Source of the DNA: Octopus vulgaris
Lineage: Eukaryota
Assembly: GCA_951406725.2 (NCBI GenBank)
Contig: OX597839.1
Coordinates: 4,464,001-4,528,000, forward strand
Length of the DNA: 64,000 nt
Direction of reading: 5' to 3'
In this document: positions 28,901 through 41,449 of the stretch, piece by piece
Position numbering within the stretch: the stretch's first letter is position 1
How the letters are laid out: every line of letters begins with the position of its first letter
Program-made: the position numbers and the translations under genes
The notes under the pieces: generated by a model
The model's input: the letters and a program-made list of their open reading frames with translations, nothing else
Told to the model about the DNA's origin: nothing
Database searches by the model: none

Positions 28901-29931
28901 TATACATACATACTCACACAAACACACACATACACACACACATAAATGTAATATACGTGCATACATTTATGCTTACCTATGAAATCTTTCGCTTATACCT
29001 TGTCTCTATATTTAACAACAATTTCGATTAGGAAATTTCCAAAATTCCCAAAGACGAAGACAAAGAGATTACCTAGATTTTTCAGACATATGAATTAAAT
29101 GATATTCCCAACATCTTGTGTGAATCGTGTATATTCCTATCTCAAATATTCTACATTAATTCCCCGAAGAATTGTATCCAAGATTTCTTACTGTTATCTC
29201 CCAAGAGCTATGCAAATATCAGTTACTCCATCGCTGCGTTGGTTTATCCAAAGCCAAAATTATAATCATTTTATATTCCGAATTATGCAATAGGTTACCA
29301 GTATTCTCTCTACCTAAGAATAAAGTTTGGCGTATATATAAATTTTTAGTGCTAGGCCATCGATAATATATATGTAAATATATGCAGCTAAGGGATAATA
29401 GTCAAGAATATTTTAAAGTTTCTATTTTAATCGATAGCAAATCAGGAATTAGGTGGTATTTGTCTTAACATTTCTAGATTCAGATCATGTTGAGTTCCTG
29501 ACATAGAGACTATGGCTAATTGTGTTTCTCTTTGTTCCTATCTAAAGAGTTGGTTTTGCCGCAGCGGTCAATTAAGCTAAATACTATTTAACCAGTGAAA
29601 ATTTGCATCGGGCCAACAGGGTTCCTGCAGTGATCATTCGGTTTTCATTCTATTTGATCGGAATTAATGAGAGAATATTTAATTAATGATCTCGTAGTCA
29701 AATATGAAATTCTGGGTTTGATCCCGATCCGCGGAACTTACGATGATGTCTTCTTTTTATTTTCCTTCCTTTTGAGCCCTAGAATATCTGCGGCTGGTTA
29801 CCCGGATCACATGGGGCATAAGTGATTCAGAACACAGCATTCCTCTGAATAGGACACCCATCCGCTGCAGTGTTCAAGGCCTGTAATTTTGATAGGAGAG
29901 GACAAGTGTATATGGTTATGTCCACTGCCTG

Positions 29932-29972
<41 letters not shown>

Positions 29973-29973
<1 letters not shown>

Positions 29974-30156
29974 AAGGGAAAGTTTGCGAAAATAAACAAA
30001 AGACGAAGGCAGGTGGTGTACAAACAAACAGATGTATTAGTATAGCGCTCAGGAATAGAAAAAGTCTTTTACGTTTCGAGCCTACGCTCTTCTACAGAAA
30101 GATACACAGAAAAAAACTAGGAGAGAAAAAAGTGTGGGTAGTAGCTAACGATCTAT
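29973..30156 (-). mobile_element. CTGTAGA-core hammerhead-like repeat (motif 30065-30102)
   Basis: Reverse strand: tcttt CTGTAGA a gagc-gtag-gctc GAAA C GTA aaaga. Confidence 0.75.
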
Positions 30157-30172
30157 TTAACCATCTCACACC

Positions 30173-30220
30173 GTCTCTGATGAAGGGATATCCATAATAT
30201 CCAAGAAACAGCTGTAAGAC
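30173..30220 (+). ncRNA. Type I hammerhead ribozyme motif with palindromic stem III
   Basis: gtct CTGATGA ag ggatat-ccata-atatcc aa GAAA cagctg TA agac; stem I gtct/agac is perfect; GUA triplet. Confidence 0.7.
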
Positions 30221-30765
30221 TATATGTGACCGCATGTGTATCGTTTGCGATTTTTCTCCACTTGACAGGTGTTTAATTTTTAATCGACCCCAAAGGGAAT
30301 AAAACGCGCAATTCATGTCAGTGGGATTTGAACTCAGAAGATATGGAACCAGAAAAAAGCCTGCTAAGTATTTTACCTAACGAACAAATGATTCTGCCAG
30401 CTCGCGACTTTAACTACAACATTTGCAGCTTTTGAAATATATTCCTTGAATTTTTTCTTCTAAATACTTCATTACTTCAATGGTATCAGTCACTGGTCTG
30501 CGAAAGTGATGGAGGACTGCCCTCTAGGGATTTAGGTCTATCGTGAAAGTCCCAAGGCATGATTCAGTCTCGAAATGATTTTATCGGAGTCTGATTAGTG
30601 AATCACTAGATACACTTTATGATTTTACTGTACATTTACGTAACATACAGAAATGCATGTATGTATAACTGGAAGAAGCCCGTCATATATATATATATAT
30701 ATGTCTATCTTTTGCAGGAATATGACTGGGTGTTGAAACAATTAATGAATCGCTCAAATGTGCAT

Positions 30766-30820
<55 letters not shown>

Positions 30821-30824
<4 letters not shown>

Positions 30825-31000
30825 AGAGTTTACGAAAAAACAAAAGACGAAGACAGGTGGTGTACAAAACAAATAGATGTATTAGTATAACGCTCAGGAA
30901 TAGAAAAAGTCTTTTACGTTTCGAGCCGACGCTCTTCTACAGAAAGGGACACAAAAAAAAAACCAGTAGAGAAACAAGGAGAGGAAAAATGTGTGTAGTG
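30821..31000 (-). mobile_element. CTGTAGA-core hammerhead-like repeat (motif 30911-30946)
   Basis: Aligns to the reverse complement of 19404-19597. Confidence 0.75.
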
Positions 31001-31001
31001 G

Positions 31002-31092
31002 CTATATATATCGACTTTGCAAAGGCCTTTGATAAAGTTGATCATGGGATGATATGTCACAAACTACAGGGATATCGGCATAACTAGGAAAG
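31002..31092 (+). pseudogene. LINE reverse-transcriptase fragment (CR1/L2 group)
   Basis: IYIDFAKAFDKVDHGMICHKL is the RT D-x-x-K-A-F-D motif. Confidence 0.85.
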
Positions 31093-31099
31093 ACAGAGG

Positions 31100-31587
31100 C
31101 CACCATTCTCGCTCCAAGTCAAATCTCTACCAAAATTATTTTTCAAAATTCTAAAATCTGATTTTCTACCACATCATAAATATTATCCCATCTTTAACAA
31201 ATCATCAGTGAAGATATCCTACTCTACCACACTTAGGATATATAATAGCCTCCTCGAACAAACGTAAAATTCAAAACCAGTCTTTTGAATATCTAAACTA
31301 TTGCACTGGATCTCAAGCTAGACTGGGCAATAGCAATAATACAAACATTAATAACTCAAGTTTTTTCCCTGCAGAAGGTGGTGTCATCCAATAATGGACC
31401 CTAATATCTGAAACGGCCGTAGGACTTTTAAAAGTCTATCTAGCTTATTTGTGGTATTGTATTTTTATTTAGTTGGACTAAGTATTCTTAAACTGTAAAT
31501 GTGGGTGGACACATTTACAGTTTTCTTTTCGATTAAATGTATCTTAGTGTCTAAATAGACGTCCCTAACTTGCTTGTAGTTGCTTTA

Positions 31588-31590
<3 letters not shown>
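31100..31590 (+). mobile_element. Penelope-like element fossil: ORF remnant plus 3' region with hammerhead motif (31366-31424)
   Basis: From 31100: PPFSLQVKSLPKLFFKILKSDFLPHHKYYPIFNKSSVKISYSTT, matching the PPF...F...H...IFN...VKISYS segment between RT and GIY-YIG in Penelope-like elements. Downstream: tcc CTGCAGA aggt...atct GAAA cggccg TA gga. Confidence 0.75.
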
Positions 31591-31650
<60 letters not shown>

Positions 31651-31651
<1 letters not shown>

Positions 31652-31831
31652 GGGAAAGTTTACGAAAAAAACAACAGAAGACGAAGACAGGTGGTGTACA
31701 AAACAAACAGATGTATTAATATAACGCTCAGGAACAGAAAAAGTATTTTACGTTTGGAGCCTACGCTCTTCTACAGAAAGGGACACAGAAAACAAGGAGA
31801 GAAAAAATGTGTTTAGTGCCTAACGATCTAT
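31651..31831 (-). mobile_element. CTGTAGA-core repeat with GAAA mutated to CAAA
   Basis: Aligns to the reverse complement of 19404-19597. Confidence 0.75.
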
Positions 31832-31866
31832 CATGGCGTCGTGCGTGTGTGTGTATGCATGTATGT

Positions 31867-31978
<112 letters not shown>

Positions 31979-32259
31979 GTCTCTCTATATATATATATAT
32001 GTGTGTGTGTGTATATGTATATATAAATCTACTTTTGCTTTCACGTGTTCGGAGACTGGCGATTGGCCTGAATACAATATAGCTGACAGTCAGTCCCCAA
32101 GCAGCAGTACATATGTCGCTGCTATTGCAACAAAATGAAAGTTAATTCTTTGGTTGGAAAATTTAACTATCAAAGAATTTAACGCACACACACATGCACA
32201 CACGCACGTACGCACACACATACACACCACACATAATACGAATATATATGTGAACACCT

Positions 32260-32315
<56 letters not shown>

Positions 32316-32884
32316 ATATATATACATATACAAGGTGTTCACAAAGGTATTAGGCAGAAAACAAAAATTCAACTTTAATTGAGGTCTGAAACATAAATAT
32401 GTATATCTATAAAACAGTCCTTAGACGAAAATTGTGTGCACATTTTGTTTGACGGTTAATGGCGGACAAACCGAGGCTAGGATCGAGCTGAAAATCGGCA
32501 GGGATATTAAATGCGTGGTGAGGATGAGACCCGCAATGATTAAAATTCGCAAGCTATAAAGATGTGGTTGCTATGGCAAAAAGAGTGAAAATTCATCGTC
32601 TTTAAACGGACTTTGACAAGTGTTTGTTGTTTCTCTCTTACGGTTATCACCCTTTCTTCTCCCATCTCTCTCTTTCCCCCTTCCCTCCTCTTTATCTCTA
32701 TAACGGCTTTTGACAACTTCTACTCACTCTCTTACCCTCTCCGTGTTCGCTTCGCTGTTTCTCTCTGTCTCTCTCTGTACGTCTTTCTGTATCTATAGAG
32801 AAAAAGCGTTGACAGCCGCAAGTGTGAGTAATGGAGAGGAATAAAATAATAAATAATTATATTGTGTCGGAAATATATTTCACT

Positions 32885-33190
32885 CTCCGTTTGTCTGTCC
32901 TGGCTTGTCCTCTCTGTGTTTAGCCCCTTGTGGGTAGCAAAGAAATAGGTAAGTAATGAAGGCGGCGAGCTGGCAGAAACGTTAGCACGCCGGGCGAAAT
33001 ACATAGCCGTATTTCGTCTGCTGTTACGTTCTAAGTTCAAATTCCGCCGAGGTCGACTTTGCCCTTCATCCTTTCGGGGTCAATAAATTAAGTACTAGTT
33101 ACGCATTGCGGTCGATCTAATCGTCTTAATCCATTTGTCTGTCCTTGTTTGTCCCCTCTGTGTTTAGCCCCTTGTGGATAGAACAGAAAT
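32885..33190 (+). mobile_element. SINE family B: a tail fragment followed by a full copy (from 32960)
   Basis: Matches 23657. Confidence 0.88.
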
Positions 33191-33692
33191 ATATATACAT
33201 TTTTAGTGAACCCCTAAGAGAAGTGAGACAGTCACTGTGGTATAATCACAAAAAAAATATCACCTCGAAGTGTGCTGTGAATGACGTCACTTGACAACCA
33301 GTCACTTGTTGCGACATGATAGGACCTCCTCTGTCACAATGCTTTAATATTCACAAGCCGTTGGAATCTTATGGTCCTGCGTGTAAACAGAAAAATCTAC
33401 ATTTACTGATGCGCTCTGAATCATTTACATATATAACTTTTATAATGAAAACAAACACCAATCGGAAGACACGGAACGAATGACCACTATGTTCTAGTGT
33501 ACAAAAGAACGGCTAATATAAATGTAGATATTTAAATTTAATGGCGATAGTGACATAGGAGTGTCAATACCTCAGGAAAAAGCAAACATCACAAAGGATT
33601 CCTTTGAAAGGAACGCCACATTTTAGAATATCTCGATGAAGGCTACAGTCTTCACCGTTACATTTATATGTAATATATACATGAAAGCAGGC

Positions 33693-33761
<69 letters not shown>

Positions 33762-34022
33762 TATATATATATATACATTTATATATATATATACATGCAT
33801 TTCAATACGTATGAATAAATATTCATGCATGCATGTTAATACAAACATATGTATGAATGTACGTATTTAGGTATGTATGTATGTATGTACGTATGTATGT
33901 ATACAGCTGTGTATGTATTATGTATATATGTGAGTATATTACTGATACGCTGGAGTGCAACAACATAAACAGAATATATTAATATGTAAACTATTACGTA
34001 TACATACATGCAAACAACACAT

Positions 34023-34060
<38 letters not shown>

Positions 34061-34206
34061 GTTTATTATATATATATATACATTTACATGTATATATATA
34101 CAAATATATACTTATATATATAATATATATAAACATATATATATATATATATATGTACGTATGTATCTATATATATATATATATATATATAAATCTATAC
34201 ATATAC

Positions 34207-34248
<42 letters not shown>

Positions 34249-34374
34249 GTATATGTATATATACATGTAGGTATATATACGTATATATACACCTACGTGT
34301 GTTTATATCTATCAATCTCTATCTGTATATACCTACATACACACACGCACACACACATGTATTATATGCACACT

Positions 34375-34421
<47 letters not shown>

Positions 34422-34847
34422 CAATCTATCTGGCACTCTCCACCTACGTATATATATATATTTAATGTATCTATATAACATTGTCCACGGAACATTGAAC
34501 ATATTCAATAGGCGCTGAAGATGTCGCTCTTTTACGTACGTGTTACACCATATATATCACAGAATCTCCATAATTTCATTACAAAAGCATTCGAGAATAT
34601 CGTCATTTATATAACGTTTTGATAGAATAACGAACATCCTGTGGATTCGCTTCATAAGATAGAATTTTAATTTCCTGGTAAGTTCCTGTGCCTTCTGGTG
34701 AGTTCCTGTAAGAAATTTATAAAATTTTTGAAGGATCGTTATGCATAATTTCTCATGCAAATAGCTCAAGAGTTTTCTGAACGCCTTAACGTCTTCACGT
34801 CTTGACGTGTTATTGACGTCGCCAAAGAGATGGGAATCTTATTGACA

Positions 34848-34938
<91 letters not shown>

Positions 34939-35020
34939 AAGTTAGCTAGGTAAACTTATATATATGTGTGTGTGTGTGTGTGCGTGTGTGCATATATATA
35001 TATATATTATTTTTAGTTCT

Positions 35021-36116
35021 ATTTTATTTTATTTTATCTAGTTTCAGCTCACGAGCTGTGGCCATGCTGGGGCACCGCCATTTGGTGTTGCTACATGATT
35101 TTACTTCACGAATGCTTTTTAGCAATTGCCATTTGGTGCATGAGAGAGTTCGATGCAGCTGCCCTCATCTGCACCTCCTGCCGTGAAGTTGGTTCATCTG
35201 GGACAACTGACAGGAAGAGATCCAGTTTTATTTTAAAGACATCTGCATCCACGCCATGCAGGTCTCTCAGGTTCTTCGGGAGGATATTGAAGAGCTGTGG
35301 GCCTCTGAAGCCCAGGCTATCACAGTACCTTGTCCTACATCTTGATGGCAAATTTGGAGTCCTTGGCACTATGCAGTGGCGCCCAGTTCTAGCATTTGTG
35401 TAACCCTCGATGCCAAAGTTTGGGACAAGTCCTTCTAGGATCTTCCAGATGTATATTATGGCATATCTTTCTCGCCTACGCTCTAAGGAATAGAGTTTTA
35501 ATCTCTTGAGTCTTTCCCAGTAGCTTATATGCTGCACAGAGACTATCATCCTCGTGTAGCTTCGTTGGATTGCCTCAAGTTCTGTGATTAACTTGACACT
35601 GGATAGTGACCATAGCTGAGAGCAATAGTCAAAGTGGCTTAGGACAAGTGTCCTTCAGAGGACCATCGTGGTTTCCAGGTCTCTTGTTCTAAAAGTTCTA
35701 AGAATCCATCTGGTCAGCCACCTACATTTCATTGCCAATTTAGCAACATGCACATGAAAGGTTGCATCATCACTCATGTAAATACCCAGGTCTCGCACTG
35801 ATTGTGCCTCTAGGATTGCAATCCCTCCAGGTTCAGTGTATTTATTGGGTATTGCATTTAGTTTTGCATGCTGATAGCATAAAGCTTGAAACTTTTCAGC
35901 ATTGAACTGCATGCTATTCTTTTCAGCCCACTTGTATATTTTGTCCAGCTCACATTGCAGATGCATAGTGTCTTCAGAGTTCTGTATTGCCTGTGAAACT
36001 TTTGTATCATCTGCATAACTTGTGATCGTGGCTTTCTGCGTGGCTGAGGGCATGTCTGTGAGGGCCATTATGAACAGTAGTGGTCCCAAAACAGTGCCTT
36101 GTGGAACACCGCTCAC
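35021..36116 (-). mobile_element. 5'-truncated CR1-group LINE (ORF2 RT C-terminal part, 3' UTR and (TAAAA)n tail)
   Basis: SGVPQGTVLGPLLF and SYADDTKV (RT motifs) in ORF 35655-36116; SYWERLKRLKLYSLERRRERY in ORF 35106-35549; reading frame disrupted between the two; tail at 35021-35037. Confidence 0.92.
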
Positions 36117-36183
36117 TATTAAATATATGCATACATGAGTATTTTTGCATATACATAAACGAGATCATATATTTGTGTGTGCA

Positions 36184-36220
<37 letters not shown>

Positions 36221-36372
36221 AAACACACACACACACACACATATGTGTGCGTGTGTGTATTTATATATGTAAATGTACATACAGACAAACGCACATATGA
36301 GCGTCCAATAATACTATATTTGTTTCACGTCCTCGCGGTGTTGTATTTTTTTGTGCTTTCTTGTATGGATTA

Positions 36373-36413
<41 letters not shown>

Positions 36414-36478
36414 ATATATATATATGTGTACATATATGCACACACAAATATGTGTGTGTGTGTGTGTGTGTATGTGTA

Positions 36479-36515
<37 letters not shown>

Positions 36516-36749
36516 GTATATATATGCATACATTAGTAGGTAAGTAAACAGACAGATATGTAGATAGATAGGTACATAGGTAATACTGACAGACAAGCAC
36601 ACACACATACATGCGCACATCCCGTACATACACACACAAAAGAAAACTGAAACACATGATCACATACACACACGCACACTTCACACAAAGACACATGAGG
36701 AGAAACACATCTATACATAACAGACGCACGTACATAGTCACAGAAACCC

Positions 36750-36773
<24 letters not shown>

Positions 36774-36780
<7 letters not shown>

Positions 36781-37081
36781 AATCACGTGACCGACCAGAC
36801 CATCAGATGTTGTTACACATCGCTGGTCACAATGCACTTCGCATTGTTTTAGCCTTCGAATGACGCCACCCCGCTGGCTAAGCGAGCAGGCCAACAGAAG
36901 AAAGAGTGAAAGAAAGAGTGGTGAAAGAGTACAGCAGGGATCACCACCCCCTGCCGGAGCCTCGTGGAGCTTTAAGGTGTTTTCGCTCAATAAACACTCA
37001 CAACGCCCTGTCTGGGAATCGAAACTGCGATCCTACGACCGCGTGTCCGCTGCCCTAACCAGTGGGCCATTGCGCCTCCAC
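36774..37081 (-). mobile_element. SINE family C, full length, tail type 2
   Basis: Head gtggaggcgcaatggcccactggttagggcagcggacacgcggtcgtaggatcgcagtttcgattccc; tail ...ggtcggtcacgtgattacgtgat. Confidence 0.9.
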
Positions 37082-37094
37082 ATATATATATATA

Positions 37095-37292
37095 GGAAGG
37101 AAAAGTTTACGAAAATAAACAAAAGACGATGGTAGGTGGAGTACAAACAAACAAATGTATTAGTATAGCGCTCTGGAATAGAAAAAGTCTTTTACGCTTC
37201 GTGCCTACGCTCTTCGACAGAAAGATACACAGAAAAAAAAAGGAGAGAAACAAGGAGACAAAAAATGCATGTAGGAGCTAACGATCTATCTA
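37095..37292 (-). mobile_element. CTGTNGA-core repeat (motif 37188-37225, degenerate)
   Basis: tcttt CTGTCGA a gagcgtaggcac GAAG cgta aaaga. Confidence 0.7.
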
Positions 37293-37347
37293 TCCTGTCC
37301 CCTGAAAATTTCAAGGGGCAGAAAGGATTGTTGTACATAACAGCACA

Positions 37348-37490
37348 AGGCGGCGAGCTGGCAGAGTCGTTAGCATGCGGAACAAAATGTTTAGCAACAT
37401 TTCCTTCATCTGTACGTTCTGAGTTCAAATTCCACCGAGGTCGACTTCCCTTTTCATTCTTTCGTTGATCGATAAATTAAATAGCAGTCA
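37348..37490 (+). mobile_element. SINE family B, 5' part, diverged
   Basis: aggcggcgagctggcagagtcgttagc...gttctgagttcaaattccaccgaggtcgac. Confidence 0.8.
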
Positions 37491-37814
37491 AATCCTACTT
37501 TCTTTGGATTCACAGTCACTGATAGGGTTGTGGGGTTGGATGTCTTGTGAAACACAGCGTATCTTGGATATTTTAAACGTGGTGGATCTCAGCCCCGGTG
37601 AGGCTAAAATATATGTTGATTTCGACAGAGACAGAGACAGACAGGAAGAGAGAGACAGAAAGAGAGAGAGAGAGAGAAATAGAAAAAGAGAGATGGAGAG
37701 AGGGAGAGAGAAAGAGAGGGAGAGAGGGGGTGAGAGAGAGAGTTGGGTGTAGACTTATGATCAGACTTGAGGAAAAAAGAAAAAGAGAAAGTTGTTGGAC
37801 CTAAGATAGAAATC

Positions 37815-40150
37815 GACCAACCAACCAAAAAGCCGACCCACCGACCAACCAACTAACCAGCTGACCTACCGGCCAACCAACCAGCCAACCAACCGACAAA
37901 CCAGCCAACCAGCCAACAAACCGACCAGCCGACCCACGACCAAACGACCCACGACCAACCGACCAACCAACCAAGCAGCCGACCCATGACCAACCAACCA
38001 GCCAACCAGCCAAGCAACCGACAAAACAACCAACCAGCAGACCCACGGCCAACCAGCCAACCAGCCAACCAGCCAACCAGCCAACCAGCCAACCAGCCAA
38101 CCAACCAGCCAAGCAACCGACCAATCAGCCAACCAGCCAACCAGCCGACAAACCAACCAACCAGCCGACCCACGACCAACCGACCAACCAACCAAGCAGC
38201 CGACCCACTACCAACCGACCAACCAGCCAGCCAGCCGACCCACCGGCCAACCAACCAGCCAACCAGCCAACCAACCGACAAACCAGCCGACCAGCCAACA
38301 AACCGACCAACCAACCAACCAGCCAACCAGCCAACAAACCGACCAACCAACCAAGCAGCCGACCCACGGCCGACCCACCGACCAACCAACCAGCCAACCA
38401 GCCAAGCAACTGACAAACCAACCAACCAGCAGACCCACCGACCAACCGACCAACCAACCAACCAGCCAAGCAACCGACAAACCAACCAACCAGCAGACCC
38501 ACGACCAACCAACTAACCAACCAACCAGCCAAGCAACCGACAAACCAACTAACCAGCAGACCCACGACCAACCGACCAGCCAACTAACCAGCCGAACCAT
38601 GACCAACCGACCAACCAACCAAAAAGCCGACCCACCGACCAACCAACTAACCAGCTGACCTACCGGCCAACCAACCAGCCAACCAACCGACAAACCAGCC
38701 AACCAGCCAACAAACCGACCAACCAGCCAACCAGCCGACCCACGACCAAACGACCCACGACCAACCGACCAACCAACCAAGCAGCCGACCCATGACCAAC
38801 CAACCAGCCAACCAGCCAAGCAACCGACAAAACAACCAACCAGCAGACCCACGGCCCACCAGCCAACCAGCCAACCAGCCAACCAGCCAACCAACCAGCC
38901 AAGCAACCGACCAATCAGCCAACCAGCCAACCAGCCGACAAACCAACCAACCAGCCGACCCACGACCAACCGACCAACCAACCAAGCAGCCGACCCACTA
39001 CCAACCGACCAACCAGCCAGCCAGCCGACCCACCGGCCAACCAACCAGCCAACCAGCCAACCAACCGACAAACCAGCCGACCAGCCAACAAACCGACCAA
39101 CCAACCAACCAGCCAACCAGCCAACAAACCAACCAACCAACCAAGCAGCCGACCCACGGCCGACCCACCGACCAACCAACCAGCCAACCAGCCAAGCAAC
39201 TGACAAACCAACCAACCAGCAGACCCACCGACCAACCGACCAACCAACCAACCAGCCAAGCAACCGACAAACCAACCAACCAGCAGACCCACGACCAACC
39301 AACCAACCAACCAACCAGCCAAGCAACCGACAAACCAACTAACCAGCAGACCCACGACCAACCGACCAGCCAACTAACCAGCCGAACCATGACCAACCGA
39401 CCAACCAACCAACCAGCCGACTCACCGACCAGCCAACCAGCCAACCAGCTAAGCAACCGACCAACCAACCAGCCAGCCAAGCAACCAACAAAGCAACCAA
39501 CCAGCAGACCCACGACCAACCGACCAACCAGCCAACCAGCCAAACAACCAACAAACCAACCAACCAGCCGACCCACGACCAACCAACCAACCAACCAACC
39601 AGCCAAGCAACCGACAAACCAACTAACCAGCAGACCCACGACCAACCGACCAGCCAACTAACCGGCCGAACCATGACCAACCGACCAACCAACCAACCAG
39701 CCGACTCACCGACCAGCCAACCAGCCAACCAGCTAAGCAACCGACCAACCAACCAACCAGCCAAGCAACCAACAAAGCAACCAACCAGCAGACCCACGAC
39801 CAACCGACCAACCAGCCAACCAGCCAAACAACCAACAAACCAACCAACCAGCCAGCCGACCCACGACCAACAGACAAACCAACCAACCAGCCGACCCACC
39901 GACCAACCAACCAACCAGCCAACCAACCAGCCAGCCAACCAGCCCACCCACCGACCAACCAATCAACCAGCCGAACCACGACCAACCGACCAACCAACTA
40001 GCCGAACCATGACCAACCGACCAACCAACCAACCAACCAACCAGCCGACTCACCGACCAACTAACCAACCAACGAGGCAACCGCAAACCAGCCTGCGAGC
40101 CAACCGACCAGCCAGCCAACCAGCCAACCGACCCACCAACCAGCGAACCA
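37815..40150. repeat. CCAA/CCAG/CCGA-based complex satellite with ~790-bp and 284-bp higher-order duplications
   Basis: Marker gaaccatg at 38594, 39384 and 39668; aaaaagccg at 37827 and 38621; almost no T on the plus strand. Confidence 0.92.
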
Positions 40151-40224
40151 ACACTTCTTGAATAAAAGATGGGTTGGTCACGACGTGGTACTTTATCTTT
40201 CCCGCTTTCCTGGCTTTAAGTGTA

Positions 40225-40369
40225 TCACAAAAGGCCTGGTTCAAAGTTCTTTTACAGGTCTGCAATAAATGTGTGAATCTGAGAGGGGAATATGTCGAAT
40301 AAAATCATAATCAACTGATTCTCCTGCATTTTCTTTTACCCAAAGCCAAGACCTTTTCAGCACTCCTCA
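40225..40369 (+). mobile_element. Mariner 3' end: last codons and right TIR
   Basis: tgc aat aaa tgt gtg aat ctg aga ggg gaa tat gtc gaa taa = CNKCVNLRGEYVE*; TIR ccaagaccttttcagcactcctca followed by TA. Confidence 0.75.
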
Positions 40370-40370
40370 T

Positions 40371-40454
<84 letters not shown>

Positions 40455-41040
40455 ACACACACGCACACACACACACACACGTACACATGATTGCACCATC
40501 GTTACAGACGATTGCCGCTTCCGTATATCTACATATCCACCCAGTTAATTCACCGTGTGACTACCATTTTGAATTACGTAACCACGATCCAATCTTGTAA
40601 TAGGTAGTAGATTTAATTAAACGTGTCCAGAACTCAAAGAATCACGTTAATATAATACAACCACATGAGATACTTTAATCATCAATTCTAGATTTGACTG
40701 GCAGCACGATTTCTACGAAGAAAATGTGTCCTAGACTCTGCCACTGACATGTTCAAAGATAAAAACCGTACAAATTCCACGTAATATTTAATCGGCAAAC
40801 ACTAAAAGAAAGCGCTTATTTTTAATTATGATTCACTACGCTCCAAAATAATTCACTCTTAAAGGAAACTTATGCTCTACGATATCACGTTGTTAGTAAG
40901 CTATCCATACCACACACTCAAAAAAGCTCCCAAAAAACAAAGGAAAACCAACGAAAGGGAGCAAAGCGAAACTAGTAAACACGACCAGTTATTCGACATC
41001 TTTCCCACAGCAGAGTGAAGAAATGTATGTATAAACATAT

Positions 41041-41423
41041 GGAAGCACTCCGTCGGTTACGACGACGAGGGTTCCGGTTGATCCGAATCAACGGAACAGC
41101 CTGCTCGTGAAATTAACGTGTAAGTGGCTGAGCACTCCACAGACACGTGTAACCTTAACGTAGTTCTCGGGGATATTCAGCGTGACACAGAGAGTGACAA
41201 GGCCGGCCCTTTGAAATACAGGTACAACAGAAACAGGAAATAAGAGTGAGAGAGAGTTGTGGTGAAAGAGTACAGCAGGGATCACCACCATCCCCTGCCG
41301 GAGTCTCGTGGAGCTTTAGGTGTTTTCGCTCAATAAACACTCACAACGCCCGGTCTGGGAATCGAAACCGCGATCCTATGACCGTGAGTCCGTTGCCCTA
41401 ACCACTGGGCCATTGCGCCTCCA
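41041..41423 (-). mobile_element. SINE family C, full length, tail type 3
   Basis: Same tRNA-like head as 36774, but the 3' part is ...tgtacctgtatttcaaagggccggccttgtcac...aaccctcgtcgtcgtaaccgacggagtgcttcc. Confidence 0.88.
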
Positions 41424-41449
41424 TAAACATATACATTGAGCTAGAACGG

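Noticed and set aside
33280-33390. Isolated CRE (TGACGTCA) and forkhead motifs; also GTCACGTGAC near 55565
   Set aside because: Single short motifs are expected by chance in 64 kb and have no supporting context.
37010-37081. tRNA-like sequences with A and B boxes (also near 2640-2714, 13275, 41350, 62590)
   Set aside because: They are SINE heads continuing into SINE bodies, without a proper acceptor stem; not tRNA genes.
37801-40161. Long W/L/V/G-rich and Q/P/T/N-rich ORFs up to 376 aa
   Set aside because: They are open in many frames on both strands because of the tetranucleotide satellite composition; not evidence of a protein.
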